Positions 37,857 to 47,748 of a DNA stretch of 64,000 bases are shown here, piece after piece (within the stretch, counting starts at the first letter, position 1; the number at the start of each line of letters is the position of its first letter). Location: positions 286,802 to 350,801 of the forward strand of contig JAZGFP010000002.1 in the NCBI GenBank assembly GCA_036479555.1. Direction: 5' to 3'. The notes below the pieces were generated by a model. The model saw only the letters and a list, made by a program, of their open reading frames with translations, was not told the origin of the DNA and made no database searches. The stretch comes from Sphingorhabdus sp. Lineage in GTDB: Bacteria > Pseudomonadota > Alphaproteobacteria > Sphingomonadales > Sphingomonadaceae. Position numbers and translations under genes: made by a program.

Positions 37857-38540
37857 TTAACCTTCAAATGCGTAGCCTACCGAACGGATGGTACGAATTG
37901 GGTCTTTTTCGCCGGGCCGGGTAAGCGCTTTGCGCAGCCGGCGGATGTGGACATCAACGGTGCGCAGTTCGATGTCGCTGTTATGGCCCCACACCGCATC
38001 AAGCAAATGCCCGCGCGTTTGCGCCCGGCCTTCGCGCTCCATCAACACGCGAAGCAGGCGAAATTCGGTAGGCCCCAGCGCCAACGGGTCGCCGCTGCGG
38101 GTGACGCGGATTGCAGTCAGGTCAAGTTCGATATCACCCGATTTTAGCACTTCTTCGGTCGCGCCGGGACGCGTGCGGCGCAGGATAGCATTCACCCGCG
38201 CCTTCAATTCGCCGGGGCTGAAGGGCTTGGTGACATAGTCATCAGCGCCCGTTTCCAGCCCGCGAATGCGCTCATCCTCCTCGCTCCGCGCGGTCAGCAT
38301 AATAATCGGCAGTTCTTTGGTTGCCGCATTGCGGCGCAAGCGGCGGCAAACCTCAATTCCCGAAAGACCTTCGATCATCCAGTCGAGTATCACGATGTCG
38401 GGAATTTGTTCAGCTACCAGTAGCATCGCTTCTTCGCCGTCGGGCGTATGCGCTACTTCGAAGCCTTCGCTTTCAAAATTCCACGTCAGCAACTCGGCAA
38501 GCGCGGGATCATCTTCGACTATGAGTATCCGCGCCTTCAC
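37857..38540 (-). CDS. phoB: Phosphate regulon response regulator
   Basis: ILIVEDD, LDWM, MLTAR, GADDYVTKPFS, RTVDVHIRRLRK; in pst operon. Confidence 0.96.
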   Translation of the reverse strand: MKARILIVEDDPALAELLTWNFESEGFEVAHTPDGEEAMLLVAEQIPDIVILDWMIEGLSGIEVCRRLRRNAATKELPIIMLTARSEEDERIRGLETGADDYVTKPFSPGELKARVNAILRRTRPGATEEVLKSGDIELDLTAIRVTRSGDPLALGPTEFRLLRVLMEREGRAQTRGHLLDAVWGHNSDIELRTVDVHIRRLRKALTRPGEKDPIRTIRSVGYAFEG

Positions 38541-38567
38541 TTGGGTCGCTCCCGAGAGTCTTGAACT

Positions 38568-39260
38568 CTAATTGTTGGACTCGCCCTTTTCGTGACGATC
38601 ACCATCCGAATAATAGGCGCCGGTGGCGGCGAAATAAACCATCTCTGCAACATTGGTGGCATGGTCACCGATGCGTTCGAGGTTGCGTCCGACAAATAGC
38701 AACTGCGCTGCGCTGCTAATCGTTGCGGGGTTTTCCATCATGTGGGACACTAGCGTGCGGAACAGCGAATTATACAGATTATCGAGCTTGTCGTCGCGAA
38801 GGATCACCTCAACCGCCAGTTCGGCGTCGCGCGCTGCATATGCGTTTAGAATGTCATGCACCATGCTTTTGGCGATGTCTGCCATTGCCGGTACAAGCGC
38901 AACGGGCGTGATTTTGGTGCGGCTTCCCACTTCATCAACGCGCTTGGCAATATTTTTGGCATAATCACCTATCCGTTCGACGATGCCGGAAATTTTAAGT
39001 GCAGCAATGACATCGCGAAGATCGTCGGCCATTGGCGCGCGCAGCGCAATGACACGGACGGCAAGGCGGTCCACCTCTGCCTCCAATTTGTCGAGTTTCG
39101 GGTCGGCATCAACTACCCTTTGCGCTTTATCGGTATCATCCTCGATAAGCGCGGCAATGGCCTCGGCAATGGCAACTTCGGCAAGCCCGCCCATTTCCGC
39201 AATCAGGCCGCGAAGCCTGCCGATTTCGTCGTCGAATGATTTGACTGTATGTTCAGCCAT
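38568..39260 (-). CDS. phoU: Phosphate signalling protein PhoU
   Basis: EHTVKSFD, PMADDLR, ERIGDYAKN, LERIGDHATN. Confidence 0.97.
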   Translation of the reverse strand: MAEHTVKSFDDEIGRLRGLIAEMGGLAEVAIAEAIAALIEDDTDKAQRVVDADPKLDKLEAEVDRLAVRVIALRAPMADDLRDVIAALKISGIVERIGDYAKNIAKRVDEVGSRTKITPVALVPAMADIAKSMVHDILNAYAARDAELAVEVILRDDKLDNLYNSLFRTLVSHMMENPATISSAAQLLFVGRNLERIGDHATNVAEMVYFAATGAYYSDGDRHEKGESNN

Positions 39261-39271
39261 GCGATTTGCTC

Positions 39272-40039
39272 CTAACCGTAACGTCCGGTGATATAGTCTT
39301 TGGTACGCTCTTTTTCCGGATTGGTAAAAATATGTGATGTTTTGCCATATTCGACCATAGATCCCATATGAAAAAAGGCAGTGCGCTGCGAAACGCGGGC
39401 GGCTTGTTGCATCGAATGGGTAACGATGACGATGGCATAGCGGCCCTTCAGCTCATCGATCAACTCTTCGATGCGTGCGGTGGCAATTGGGTCGAGCGCC
39501 GAACAAGGCTCATCCATCAGGATCACCTCGGGGCTAACCGCGATGGCGCGCGCGATGCAAAGCCGCTGCTGCTGCCCGCCCGATAACGCTGTGCCAGGAT
39601 CACTAAGCCGGTCTTTAACTTCGTCCCAAAGCCCGGCGCGCGTCAGCGATTTCTCTACAATTTTGTCAAGATCATCCTTGGATGGTGCAAGCCCGTGGAT
39701 GCGCGGACCATAAGCGACATTTTCATAGACTGATTTGGGGAAGGGGTTTGGTTTCTGGAACACCATGCCGACGCGCGCGCGCAGCTGCACCACATCCATC
39801 TGCTCGGCATAGATATCTTCACCATCCAGCTCGATCTGGCCTTCGACGCGGCAGCTGGGAATGGTATCATTCATGCGGTTGAGTGCGCGCAGGAAGGTTG
39901 ATTTGCCACAGCCCGAAGGGCCGATGAAGGAGGTCACATGCTCCCTGGAAATATCGATCGAAACATCGTTGATGGCCTGCTTGTCGCCATAATAGACATC
40001 CACATTGCGCGCAGTGAGTTTTAGTTTATTTTTTGCCAT
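39272..40039 (-). CDS. pstB: Phosphate ABC transporter ATPase
   Basis: [37 protein letters not shown]. Confidence 0.98.
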   Translation of the reverse strand: MAKNKLKLTARNVDVYYGDKQAINDVSIDISREHVTSFIGPSGCGKSTFLRALNRMNDTIPSCRVEGQIELDGEDIYAEQMDVVQLRARVGMVFQKPNPFPKSVYENVAYGPRIHGLAPSKDDLDKIVEKSLTRAGLWDEVKDRLSDPGTALSGGQQQRLCIARAIAVSPEVILMDEPCSALDPIATARIEELIDELKGRYAIVIVTHSMQQAARVSQRTAFFHMGSMVEYGKTSHIFTNPEKERTKDYITGRYG

Positions 40040-40043
40040 ATAT

Positions 40044-40937
40044 CTACCAGCGGGTTTCGAAACGGTTGCGCAGATAAATAGCCAGGCCATTCATCGCGAT
40101 CAGGAATACAAGTAGGACGATGATAGCAGCAGATGTGTTCTGCACAAAGCCGCGGTCAATTTCATCCGACCAGAGGAAAATTTGCATCGGTAGCACCGTG
40201 GCATCGCTGGTAAAGCTGTCGGGCGGAGTGCCGATAAATGCGCGCATCCCGATGAGCAGCAATGGTGCAGTCTCACCCAGCGCGCGCGACATGCCGATGA
40301 TGGTGCCGGTCAATATTCCGGGTAAGGCAAGCGGGAGCACATGGTGGAATACTGTTTGCACCGGGCTGGCCCCAACCGCGAGTGCGGCATCGCGTATCGA
40401 GGGCGGCACCGCCTGAATGGCGTTGCGCCCTGCAATAACGATCACCGGTAGCGTCATCAGCGCCAGCGTCATGCCGCCGACCAGCGCCGAGGATCGCGGC
40501 AGATGCATGACTTGAATAAAGATGGCGAGGCCGAGGAGGCCGAAGATGATTGAAGGCACGGCTGCAAGGTTGTTGATCGAAACCTCGATAATCCCAATCC
40601 AGCGGTTGCTCGGTGCGAATTCTTCCAGATAAATCGCTGCTAACATGCCCATTGGGAAAGATAATACAAGCGTCACGCCCATCACAAAGAATGATCCCTT
40701 GAGCGCACCCCATATTCCGGCAAGGTCCGGATCTGTGGCGTCCGAATTGGTCAGGAAGTTCCAGTCTATACCGCCCAGCCCTTTGGACACCATGGTCACC
40801 AGCAGAAAGACCAGAAACGCCATTGAAATCACAATCGCGGCGATGCCGAATGCCTTGAAACGGCGCTCGGCCTTATAGCGTTTTTTGATGCGCGTCGCCA
40901 TTGCATCAGATTGCCAGAGGGATGCTGATTTATTCAT
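40044..40937 (-). CDS. pstA: Phosphate ABC transporter permease
   Basis: [25 protein letters not shown]. Confidence 0.96.
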   Translation of the reverse strand: MNKSASLWQSDAMATRIKKRYKAERRFKAFGIAAIVISMAFLVFLLVTMVSKGLGGIDWNFLTNSDATDPDLAGIWGALKGSFFVMGVTLVLSFPMGMLAAIYLEEFAPSNRWIGIIEVSINNLAAVPSIIFGLLGLAIFIQVMHLPRSSALVGGMTLALMTLPVIVIAGRNAIQAVPPSIRDAALAVGASPVQTVFHHVLPLALPGILTGTIIGMSRALGETAPLLLIGMRAFIGTPPDSFTSDATVLPMQIFLWSDEIDRGFVQNTSAAIIVLLVFLIAMNGLAIYLRNRFETRW

Positions 40938-42309
40938 AAGCCTCCCGGAAGCGATTGACGACGCGCAGTGCGATGATGTTGAGGATGAGCGTCACGATAA
41001 ACAGAACCAGCCCCAATGCAAATGCGGCAAGCGTTGCCGGGTGATCAAATTCGCCTTCGCTATTTAGCAGCTTTGCGATCTGGAATGTAACAGTGGTCAT
41101 CGAATCGAGCGGGTTGGCCGACAGGTTGGCGGCGGCACCGGCGGCCATATAGACGATCATAGTTTCGCCGATTGCGCGGCTGATGGCCAGCATGACCCCG
41201 GCAACGATGCCAGGCAATGCTGCGGGGATCAGAACGCGTTTGATCGTTTCCGATCTGGTCGCGCCCATCGCCAACGAACCGTCGCGCATTGCGCTGGGCA
41301 CGGCGGCGATGCTGTCATCGGCCATCGAGGAAACGAACGGGATGATCATGATCCCCATCACCGCGCCCGCCGCCAATGCGCTTTCGGTCGACGGATTGGC
41401 CATTCCGATTGAACTGGCAAAATCACGCACCAACGGTGCAGCGGTTAGTGCGGCAAAATAGCCATAGACCACGGTTGGAATTCCGGCGAGAATTTCGAGT
41501 ATGGGCTTTACCCATTTGCGCAGGCGCGGGTTGGCATATTGGGTAAGATAGATGGCACTCATCAGGCCCAATGGGATGGCGACGATCATGGCGATAATCG
41601 CGCCGATGAAGATCGTGCCCCAGAAAAGCGGGATGGCGCCATATTTACGGCCGATATCGTCGGTAACCGGCGCGAAGGGATCTGGCGCCCAATGCGTGCC
41701 GAACAGAAAGTCGATCGGGCTAACGAAGCTGAAGAAATTGGCGGTTTCGAATATCAGCGAGCCAATGATGCCAACGGTGGTCAGGATGGCAATCAACGAC
41801 GCGAGCAGAAGCGCAAACATCACCGAGCGTTCAACCTTTGTGCGGGCAGGGTAGGCTGCCTTTACACGCGTATACCCCCACGCTCCGCCGGCAAAGGCAA
41901 CCACCAGCGTTAGCGCGGTGCCGATCCAGTTAAATTTGGTTATTGCCGCCGCAAACGCTCCGGCAAGCTCCCTTGCCTTGGGATTGAATGCAGGCGCATC
42001 CGGGTTGAATGCAAGCTGCCGTGCTTCCGACAATATTGCCGTCCTTTGGATACCGGTCTCTGTAAGAATTCCTGTTGCCGGATCGCCCAAAACTGCGGCT
42101 TCGACTAAGCCCGGTGAGAATATCTGCCACAATGTCCAGATGGCAAGCGCCGGAAGGATCACCCAAGTCGCCTGATGCCAGCCATGATAGCCCGGCAGCG
42201 AATGGAGAGACCCCCGCCCGGTAAACAGCTTTTGCGCCTTTGCCCGTGCCGCGAACCAGCCAATCAGGCCAAGCCCGAGCGCAGATAGAAGAACGAAAAC
42301 AGGCGTCAT
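40930..42309 (-). CDS. pstC: Phosphate ABC transporter permease with N-terminal extension
   Basis: EILAGIPTVVYG, MGATRSET, RAIGETM. Confidence 0.96.
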   Translation of the reverse strand: MTPVFVLLSALGLGLIGWFAARAKAQKLFTGRGSLHSLPGYHGWHQATWVILPALAIWTLWQIFSPGLVEAAVLGDPATGILTETGIQRTAILSEARQLAFNPDAPAFNPKARELAGAFAAAITKFNWIGTALTLVVAFAGGAWGYTRVKAAYPARTKVERSVMFALLLASLIAILTTVGIIGSLIFETANFFSFVSPIDFLFGTHWAPDPFAPVTDDIGRKYGAIPLFWGTIFIGAIIAMIVAIPLGLMSAIYLTQYANPRLRKWVKPILEILAGIPTVVYGYFAALTAAPLVRDFASSIGMANPSTESALAAGAVMGIMIIPFVSSMADDSIAAVPSAMRDGSLAMGATRSETIKRVLIPAALPGIVAGVMLAISRAIGETMIVYMAAGAAANLSANPLDSMTTVTFQIAKLLNSEGEFDHPATLAAFALGLVLFIVTLILNIIALRVVNRFREAYE

Positions 42310-42316
42310 GTCAGCG

Positions 42317-43357
42317 CTATTTCAGCCCTTCGCCGGTCAAAATTGTGAGGCCCGCAACGATATCCGCGTTGGTTTTACGAACGTCCTCAGGCGATACGAC
42401 CATGCCTTTTTCTTTGAGCAAGCCGTCCGCACCCCAAGCCTTTGGCCATTCGCCGAGAAACTCTTTGAGTCCCTTGATGACCGGGAGGTGTGCCTTCTTC
42501 ACATATATATAAAGCGGACGGGAGCCGGGGTAGGAGCCGCCGACAATATTGTCATAGCTAGGTATAACTCCGCCAATAATAATGCCCTTCAGCGTGTCCA
42601 TATTCGCTTCGAGGAACGAGAAACCGAAAATGCCGATTGCCTTTGGATTTTCAGCGATTTTCTTGACGATCAGATTGTCCTGCTCGCCGCCATCGACATA
42701 GAGGCCATCTTCGCGCACTTCGGTGCAGATCGCCTTATATTTCGCTTTGTCGGTTTCTTTGAGCGCGCCCGTAGCTTCGTCGGTTTTACAGCCCTCGGTG
42801 AGGATTAGCTCGGCGAGCGCATCGCGCGTGCCAGAAGTTGTTGGCGGCCCGTAAACCAGGATCGGTTCAGCAGGAAGCGCGGGATTTACATCCTTCCAGG
42901 TCTTTGCTGTGTTTGGTTTGCCAAACGGGTTGGCGGCGATCGCCTTGTAGATATCAACCGGGGTGAGTTTTATTTCAGCAGCGCCTTTGGCTGATGCGAA
43001 GGCGATACCGTCAATGCCGACTTGAACTTCGATAATTTCCTTAACGCCGTTCGTCTGGCATTTTTCAAATTCGCTTTTCTTCATCCGGCGCGACGCATTG
43101 GCGACGTCGGGTGTGGCCGATCCGATACCAGCGCAGAATTGATCGATCCCCGCGCCGCTGCCGATTGATTCAACCTTTGGTGTTTTGATGCCCTTATTGT
43201 TCGCGGCGGTTACTTCGGCAACTGCCGATGCGAAGGGATACACGGTCGAGGAGCCCGTGACGCTAACCGTGGTGCGCGTACCCGAATCGCCGCTACCACA
43301 GCCCGCCAACGCAGCAGTGCACCCTACAATAAAGCTGTATTTCAACAATTTAAGCAT
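42317..43357 (-). CDS. pstS: Phosphate-binding lipoprotein
   Basis: LAGC lipobox, GSSTVYP, GSGAG, ANASR, SGTRD; AGGAGG SD before ATG 43357. Confidence 0.95.
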   Translation of the reverse strand: MLKLLKYSFIVGCTAALAGCGSGDSGTRTTVSVTGSSTVYPFASAVAEVTAANNKGIKTPKVESIGSGAGIDQFCAGIGSATPDVANASRRMKKSEFEKCQTNGVKEIIEVQVGIDGIAFASAKGAAEIKLTPVDIYKAIAANPFGKPNTAKTWKDVNPALPAEPILVYGPPTTSGTRDALAELILTEGCKTDEATGALKETDKAKYKAICTEVREDGLYVDGGEQDNLIVKKIAENPKAIGIFGFSFLEANMDTLKGIIIGGVIPSYDNIVGGSYPGSRPLYIYVKKAHLPVIKGLKEFLGEWPKAWGADGLLKEKGMVVSPEDVRKTNADIVAGLTILTGEGLK

Positions 43358-43392
43358 TTGAACCTCCTGCCCCATGGGATGCTCTGCGATTA

Positions 43393-43420
43393 GGACAGTA
43401 TGGTGACAGTTCTGTGACAG
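43393..43420 (-). promoter_or_regulatory. Triple Pho box upstream of pstS
   Basis: Minus strand CTGTCAC-AGAA-CTGTCAC-CATA-CTGTCC with 11-nt periodicity. Confidence 0.92.
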
Positions 43421-43456
43421 GGGCTGTGGATAAGCGCCTGTTATTTTCCCAAGCCG

Positions 43457-44455
43457 TCAGTCAGCTATCAGCGGAAGCATGATCGTGATGTTCGTGCCTT
43501 TCCCATCCCTGCTCGAAATATTGAGCCGTCCGCGATGATGGATGACGATATGCTTGACGATCGAAAGACCAAGGCCGGTTCCGCCCGCTGCCTTGCTGCG
43601 GCCCGGGTCGGTTCGATAGAATCGCTCGGTAAGGCGCGGAATATGTTCGGCAGGCACACCTTCGCCATCATTGCTGACCGAAAGACTTGCCCAGCCGCTC
43701 GCGGTTTGCGTTAGAGAGATTTCTATCTCGCCGCCTAATTTTCCGTATTTGGCAGCATTATCCACCAGATTGCGGAGCATCTGGCATAGCTGAGCTTCGT
43801 CGCCCCGGATAAAAATATCCTCATCCGGCAGCTTTCTGGTGATATTGGCGTTACCCGAAAATTCGTCGGCAATCTGGTTGCAGATGGCGGCCAGCCCGAC
43901 ATGTTTGCTGGGCAGCCTATGCTTGCTGGCCTCTATCCGCGACAATGACATGAGATCTTCGACCAGCGACTGCATCCGCTCTGCTTCGCGCCTTATTGTG
44001 CCCAGAAAGCGCTTCCGTGTTTCGGCATCGCTGCCTGCTTTGGTGTCGTTCAGCGTTTCGACATAGCCAAGTATATTCGCCAGCGGCGTGCGCAGTTCGT
44101 GGCTGGCATTGGCTACGAAATCGGCATGCACGCGCGCGATGCTGCGCTGCGCTGACATGTCCTGCATGGTGACGAGGCGCTGACGGTCGCCCAGCAATTG
44201 GCAATTTAATTCCCAAACACTGTCGTCTGTCCCGATGCTGGGAACCAGCGCGCGGCTCCCTTGCGGCGCCAGCATTGCCGATATCGCCGATGGCGCGCGC
44301 AGTGCCAGACGCACATTCGCGCCGACAATATGCTTGCCCAAAAGCTGCATTGCCGCGTCATTGGCATAGGTTATCTGTTCGCCGTCGATCAGCAATACTG
44401 GCTGATCAAGCAGCGCAAGCAGCGCCTCCTGCGCGTCGCGGTCATTGGCGGTCAT
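43457..44455 (-). CDS. phoR: PhoR-like sensor histidine kinase (PAS-HisKA-HATPase) without evident TM anchor
   Basis: FVANASHELRTPL, NLVDNAAKY, FYRTD, GGTGLGLSIVKH; AGGA SD before ATG 44455. Confidence 0.9.
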   Translation of the reverse strand: MTANDRDAQEALLALLDQPVLLIDGEQITYANDAAMQLLGKHIVGANVRLALRAPSAISAMLAPQGSRALVPSIGTDDSVWELNCQLLGDRQRLVTMQDMSAQRSIARVHADFVANASHELRTPLANILGYVETLNDTKAGSDAETRKRFLGTIRREAERMQSLVEDLMSLSRIEASKHRLPSKHVGLAAICNQIADEFSGNANITRKLPDEDIFIRGDEAQLCQMLRNLVDNAAKYGKLGGEIEISLTQTASGWASLSVSNDGEGVPAEHIPRLTERFYRTDPGRSKAAGGTGLGLSIVKHIVIHHRGRLNISSRDGKGTNITIMLPLIAD

Positions 44456-44474
44456 CCGGCGAGTTCCTGCCCGG

Positions 44475-45419
44475 TCAATATCCCAACTCCAGATTGACCT
44501 GTGGTTGGAGCGGTTCACCCTTTTTAAACCGCGCGAGATTTTCTAAGAAACGCGTTGCCGAGCGGACAAACATCTTATCCTGCGCACGGCCCGACAGATG
44601 CATCGAGACATGCGCATTTTCTACATCCCACAATGGGTGCTCTGCGGGCAATGGCTCGGGCGTTGTTACGTCAAGGAAAGCGTTGGCGATGCTCCCCGTT
44701 TTGAGCGCTTCGATGAGTGCATCCTGATCGACGACAGCTCCGCGCGCGATGTTAACCAGCGTTGCACTCGGTTTCATCGCGGCAAGTTCATCAGCGCCGA
44801 TCATGCCGTCGGTTTCTGCTGTCGCTGGGACCGCGAGAATAACCCAGTCAAATTCGCCAAGCTGCGCGCGCCATTGATCGGGCGTCAGCGTGCCCGGCCC
44901 CGGCGTGCGGCGCACGATGGTCACGTCGACATTGAATGCCTTAAGCCGCTCTTCGATAAGCTTGCCAATCGCGCCATAGCCGAGCAGCAGCGCCTTCGTT
45001 TCAAACAGCTCGACCTTGCCGGGCGAATCCATCAGCCATTCATTGCGCCCCTGCGCATGAACAACCTCGCGGTAGCCCTTGGCCACATTGAGCATCCCCA
45101 TGATGACATATTCGGCGATGGTGATCGCGTTGATACCCACGCCGTTGGTAACGACGGTTCCCTGCGCTTTCAGGTGATCGAGCGGCATCCAATCAACGCC
45201 GGCATAAATACTGTTCAGCCATTTTAGGCTGGTCGCGGCCGATATCACCGCGTGCATCTCATCCTTGTCATACATATCGAACCAGCCGATTTCAGCCGAT
45301 GGTGCGAGTTCCAGCGCTTCCTCTTTGGTCATGAACCATTGCGGCTCGATCCAGTCGGGTAATTGCGGTTCAACCAGCGGACGGATAAGTGATGATGCTA
45401 CGAGAGTGGTTTTGGTCAT
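44475..45419 (-). CDS. D-2-hydroxyacid dehydrogenase family protein
   Basis: AGVD, GYGAIG, VNIARGAVVD, LDVTTPEPLP, HLSG. Confidence 0.95.
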   Translation of the reverse strand: MTKTTLVASSLIRPLVEPQLPDWIEPQWFMTKEEALELAPSAEIGWFDMYDKDEMHAVISAATSLKWLNSIYAGVDWMPLDHLKAQGTVVTNGVGINAITIAEYVIMGMLNVAKGYREVVHAQGRNEWLMDSPGKVELFETKALLLGYGAIGKLIEERLKAFNVDVTIVRRTPGPGTLTPDQWRAQLGEFDWVILAVPATAETDGMIGADELAAMKPSATLVNIARGAVVDQDALIEALKTGSIANAFLDVTTPEPLPAEHPLWDVENAHVSMHLSGRAQDKMFVRSATRFLENLARFKKGEPLQPQVNLELGY

Positions 45420-46870
45420 ATGTCTAGTCTCCAGTCCCAACCGAGCGGGTCGCCATCCATAACCTCAACGCCCTTTGCGGTGAGTTCGTCGCGGATGGCA
45501 TCTGATGTGGCGAAGTCCTTTTCGGCGCGGGCCTCTTTGCGGGCGGCGAGTTGGGCTTCGATTTCGTCTTCGGAGATGGTTGCAGATTTGGGGCGGATGC
45601 GTAGGTCGGTGCGGGTGGTGGTGAGTAGGTTGAGGCCGAGGACGGCGTCCATGTTTTCAATGACTGCGAGCTTTAGGTCGGCTCCAGACGATTTCATTGT
45701 TGCGACATATTCGAGATGCGTAATGGCGATTGACGTGTTTAGGTCATCAGACACTGCCTGCTCGAACTCTACTAACCGGGACGATAGGCCGGGGTCTTGG
45801 ATTTCGCTGACGTTGTGGTTGGGGGGAATAGCGCTTTTGAATTTCTCAACACCCATCACCAACCGCTTCAACCGCGTAAACGCCGCCGCCAAATTGTCCC
45901 AGCTAAACTCAAGCTCGCTGCGATAATGCGCTTGCAGGCACATCATGCGGTAGGCGAGGGGGTGGAAGCCTTTGTCGATCAGCAGTTGCAGCCGCAGAAA
46001 CTCGCCCGATGATTTGCTCATCTTACCGGCAGAGTCTTTTGATTCTCTGGCGATCAGGAAATTATTATGCATCCAGATGCGCGCACCCGAATGATCGCAG
46101 TCTCCATGCGCCTGATTCTGCGCAATCTCGTTGGGATGATGGATTTCGCGGTGGTCGATGCCGCCGGTGTGGATATCAAAGGGATGGCCGAGCAGCGCCT
46201 CGCTCATCACGCTGCATTCAAGATGCCAGCCCGGCGCGCCGCGCCCCCACGGGCTATCCCACTCCATCTGCCGGGTTTCGTCAGCAGGCGTTTTGCGCCA
46301 GATAGCGAAATCGGCAGCGTTGCGCTTGCCTTCAACCGCGTCAATCCGGGCTTCACCTTCATCGGTAACCGCGCGGGCTAGGCGGCCATATTCGGGAATA
46401 GTCGATACGTCGAAATAGAGGCCGCCCTCCAGTTCGTAGCAATGCTTATCGGCAATCGCCTTGCCCCACTCGATCATCGCTTCGACATAGTCGGTCGCTT
46501 TTGGATGGGCGAGTTTTCGGATGTTCAGGCGATCAAGGTCGGTCTCAAAATCCTGCTGGTAATGCGCTGCAATATCCCATGCGGATTTGCCTGCCTTTGC
46601 CGCCGCCTTCTCCATCTTGTCGTCGCCTGCGTCCGCATCCGATGTTAGATGCCCGACATCGGTGATATTGACGACATGGGCAAGCTTAAAGCCTTTGAAA
46701 GAAAGCGTGCGACCGAGCGTGTCGGCAAAGATATAGGCGCGCATATTGCCGATATGCTGGTAATTATAGACCGTCGGCCCGCAAGTATAAACGCGCGCTT
46801 CGCCCTTATGGATGGGCTTGAAGGTCTCAAGCTCGCGCGTCAGGCTGTTAAAGAGTTTAAGGTCGGTCAT
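45416..46870 (-). CDS. cysS: Cysteinyl-tRNA synthetase
   Basis: TCGPTVY..HIGN, PGWHLECS, GGIDH, KMSKS. Confidence 0.98.
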   Translation of the reverse strand: MTDLKLFNSLTRELETFKPIHKGEARVYTCGPTVYNYQHIGNMRAYIFADTLGRTLSFKGFKLAHVVNITDVGHLTSDADAGDDKMEKAAAKAGKSAWDIAAHYQQDFETDLDRLNIRKLAHPKATDYVEAMIEWGKAIADKHCYELEGGLYFDVSTIPEYGRLARAVTDEGEARIDAVEGKRNAADFAIWRKTPADETRQMEWDSPWGRGAPGWHLECSVMSEALLGHPFDIHTGGIDHREIHHPNEIAQNQAHGDCDHSGARIWMHNNFLIARESKDSAGKMSKSSGEFLRLQLLIDKGFHPLAYRMMCLQAHYRSELEFSWDNLAAAFTRLKRLVMGVEKFKSAIPPNHNVSEIQDPGLSSRLVEFEQAVSDDLNTSIAITHLEYVATMKSSGADLKLAVIENMDAVLGLNLLTTTRTDLRIRPKSATISEDEIEAQLAARKEARAEKDFATSDAIRDELTAKGVEVMDGDPLGWDWRLDI

Positions 46871-46927
46871 CGCGTTAAGCCGATGCGCGATGGCGCGGCT
46901 CAGGTCAAGTACCAGAGGTCTCAAACA

Positions 46928-47004
46928 AAATACCGTAGTCTTGAGCCTGCCGAAAGGCGCTTCTCGGTGAGGCGTGCTTCGACAGGCTCAGCACTACGGT
47001 ATTT
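46928..47004. repeat. REP-like palindrome (TGAGCCTG(C/T)CGAA family)
   Basis: 27-bp arms AAATACCGTAGTCTTGAGCCTGCCGAA / TTCGACAGGCTCAGCACTACGGTATTT with 3 mismatches. Confidence 0.85.
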
Positions 47005-47019
47005 GTCGGCGGGTAATTA

Positions 47020-47691
47020 TCAAAACCCCTCCCAGCGCACCACCTGATCAACTGCAACGCGCGGCACATCGAAATTGTTGATCGGCGCGTCTGCATCGCG
47101 ATAGCCAATGGTCATGCCGCAAAAGAAGATATGGTCGTCGTTGATATTGAGCAACTCGCGCATATAGCCGCCATACATTGCCCAGATTTCTTGCGCGCAG
47201 CTATCGAGCCCCTCTTCGCGCAGCAGCAGCATAACCGTTTGCAACCACATACCCATATCGCTCCATTGCGGCGGGCCCATATATTTCGGGCAATAGGTAA
47301 ATAGCTGCACCGGCGCGTCAAAACTGTCCCAGTTTTTGGCCATCTGTGCGCTGCGTCCCGCGTTATTGTCGCGGCCAAGGCCGATGCTTTCAAACATTGC
47401 CCGGCCAACCCCGCGCCGTTGCTCCTCATACCGCCCGTCGAGATCGCCGGGATAGATCATATATTCGATGCCTTCCCCTATCGGTGCCGATTTGGCCTTC
47501 GCTTTGATTTTGGCAGTGATGTCGGCGAGCGCATCGCCGGTCACAATCACCGCATTCCACGGCTGTGTATTGCCGCCCGATGGCGCACGTTGCGCCTTTT
47601 CCAGAACGCGGCGTAGAGTTTCTTGGCTAACAGGCTTGTCGGTAAATTGCCGGATGGAGCGGCGGGTAGTGACGGCTTCGGTTACGTTCAT
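47020..47691 (-). CDS. Nitroreductase family protein
   Basis: TRRSIRQF, RAPSGGNTQPW, FDAP, GLDSCAQ. Confidence 0.95.
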   Translation of the reverse strand: MNVTEAVTTRRSIRQFTDKPVSQETLRRVLEKAQRAPSGGNTQPWNAVIVTGDALADITAKIKAKAKSAPIGEGIEYMIYPGDLDGRYEEQRRGVGRAMFESIGLGRDNNAGRSAQMAKNWDSFDAPVQLFTYCPKYMGPPQWSDMGMWLQTVMLLLREEGLDSCAQEIWAMYGGYMRELLNINDDHIFFCGMTIGYRDADAPINNFDVPRVAVDQVVRWEGF

Positions 47692-47711
47692 TTTATTCCC
47701 TCACTCACTTG

Positions 47712-47733
47712 GTCATTCCTGCGCAGGAATGAC
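47712..47733. repeat. Perfect 22-bp palindrome GTCATTCCTGCGCAGGAATGAC (collapsed GTCATTCC-type REP)
   Basis: Read directly. Confidence 0.75.
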
Positions 47734-47748
47734 AATATTTGGACGAAT

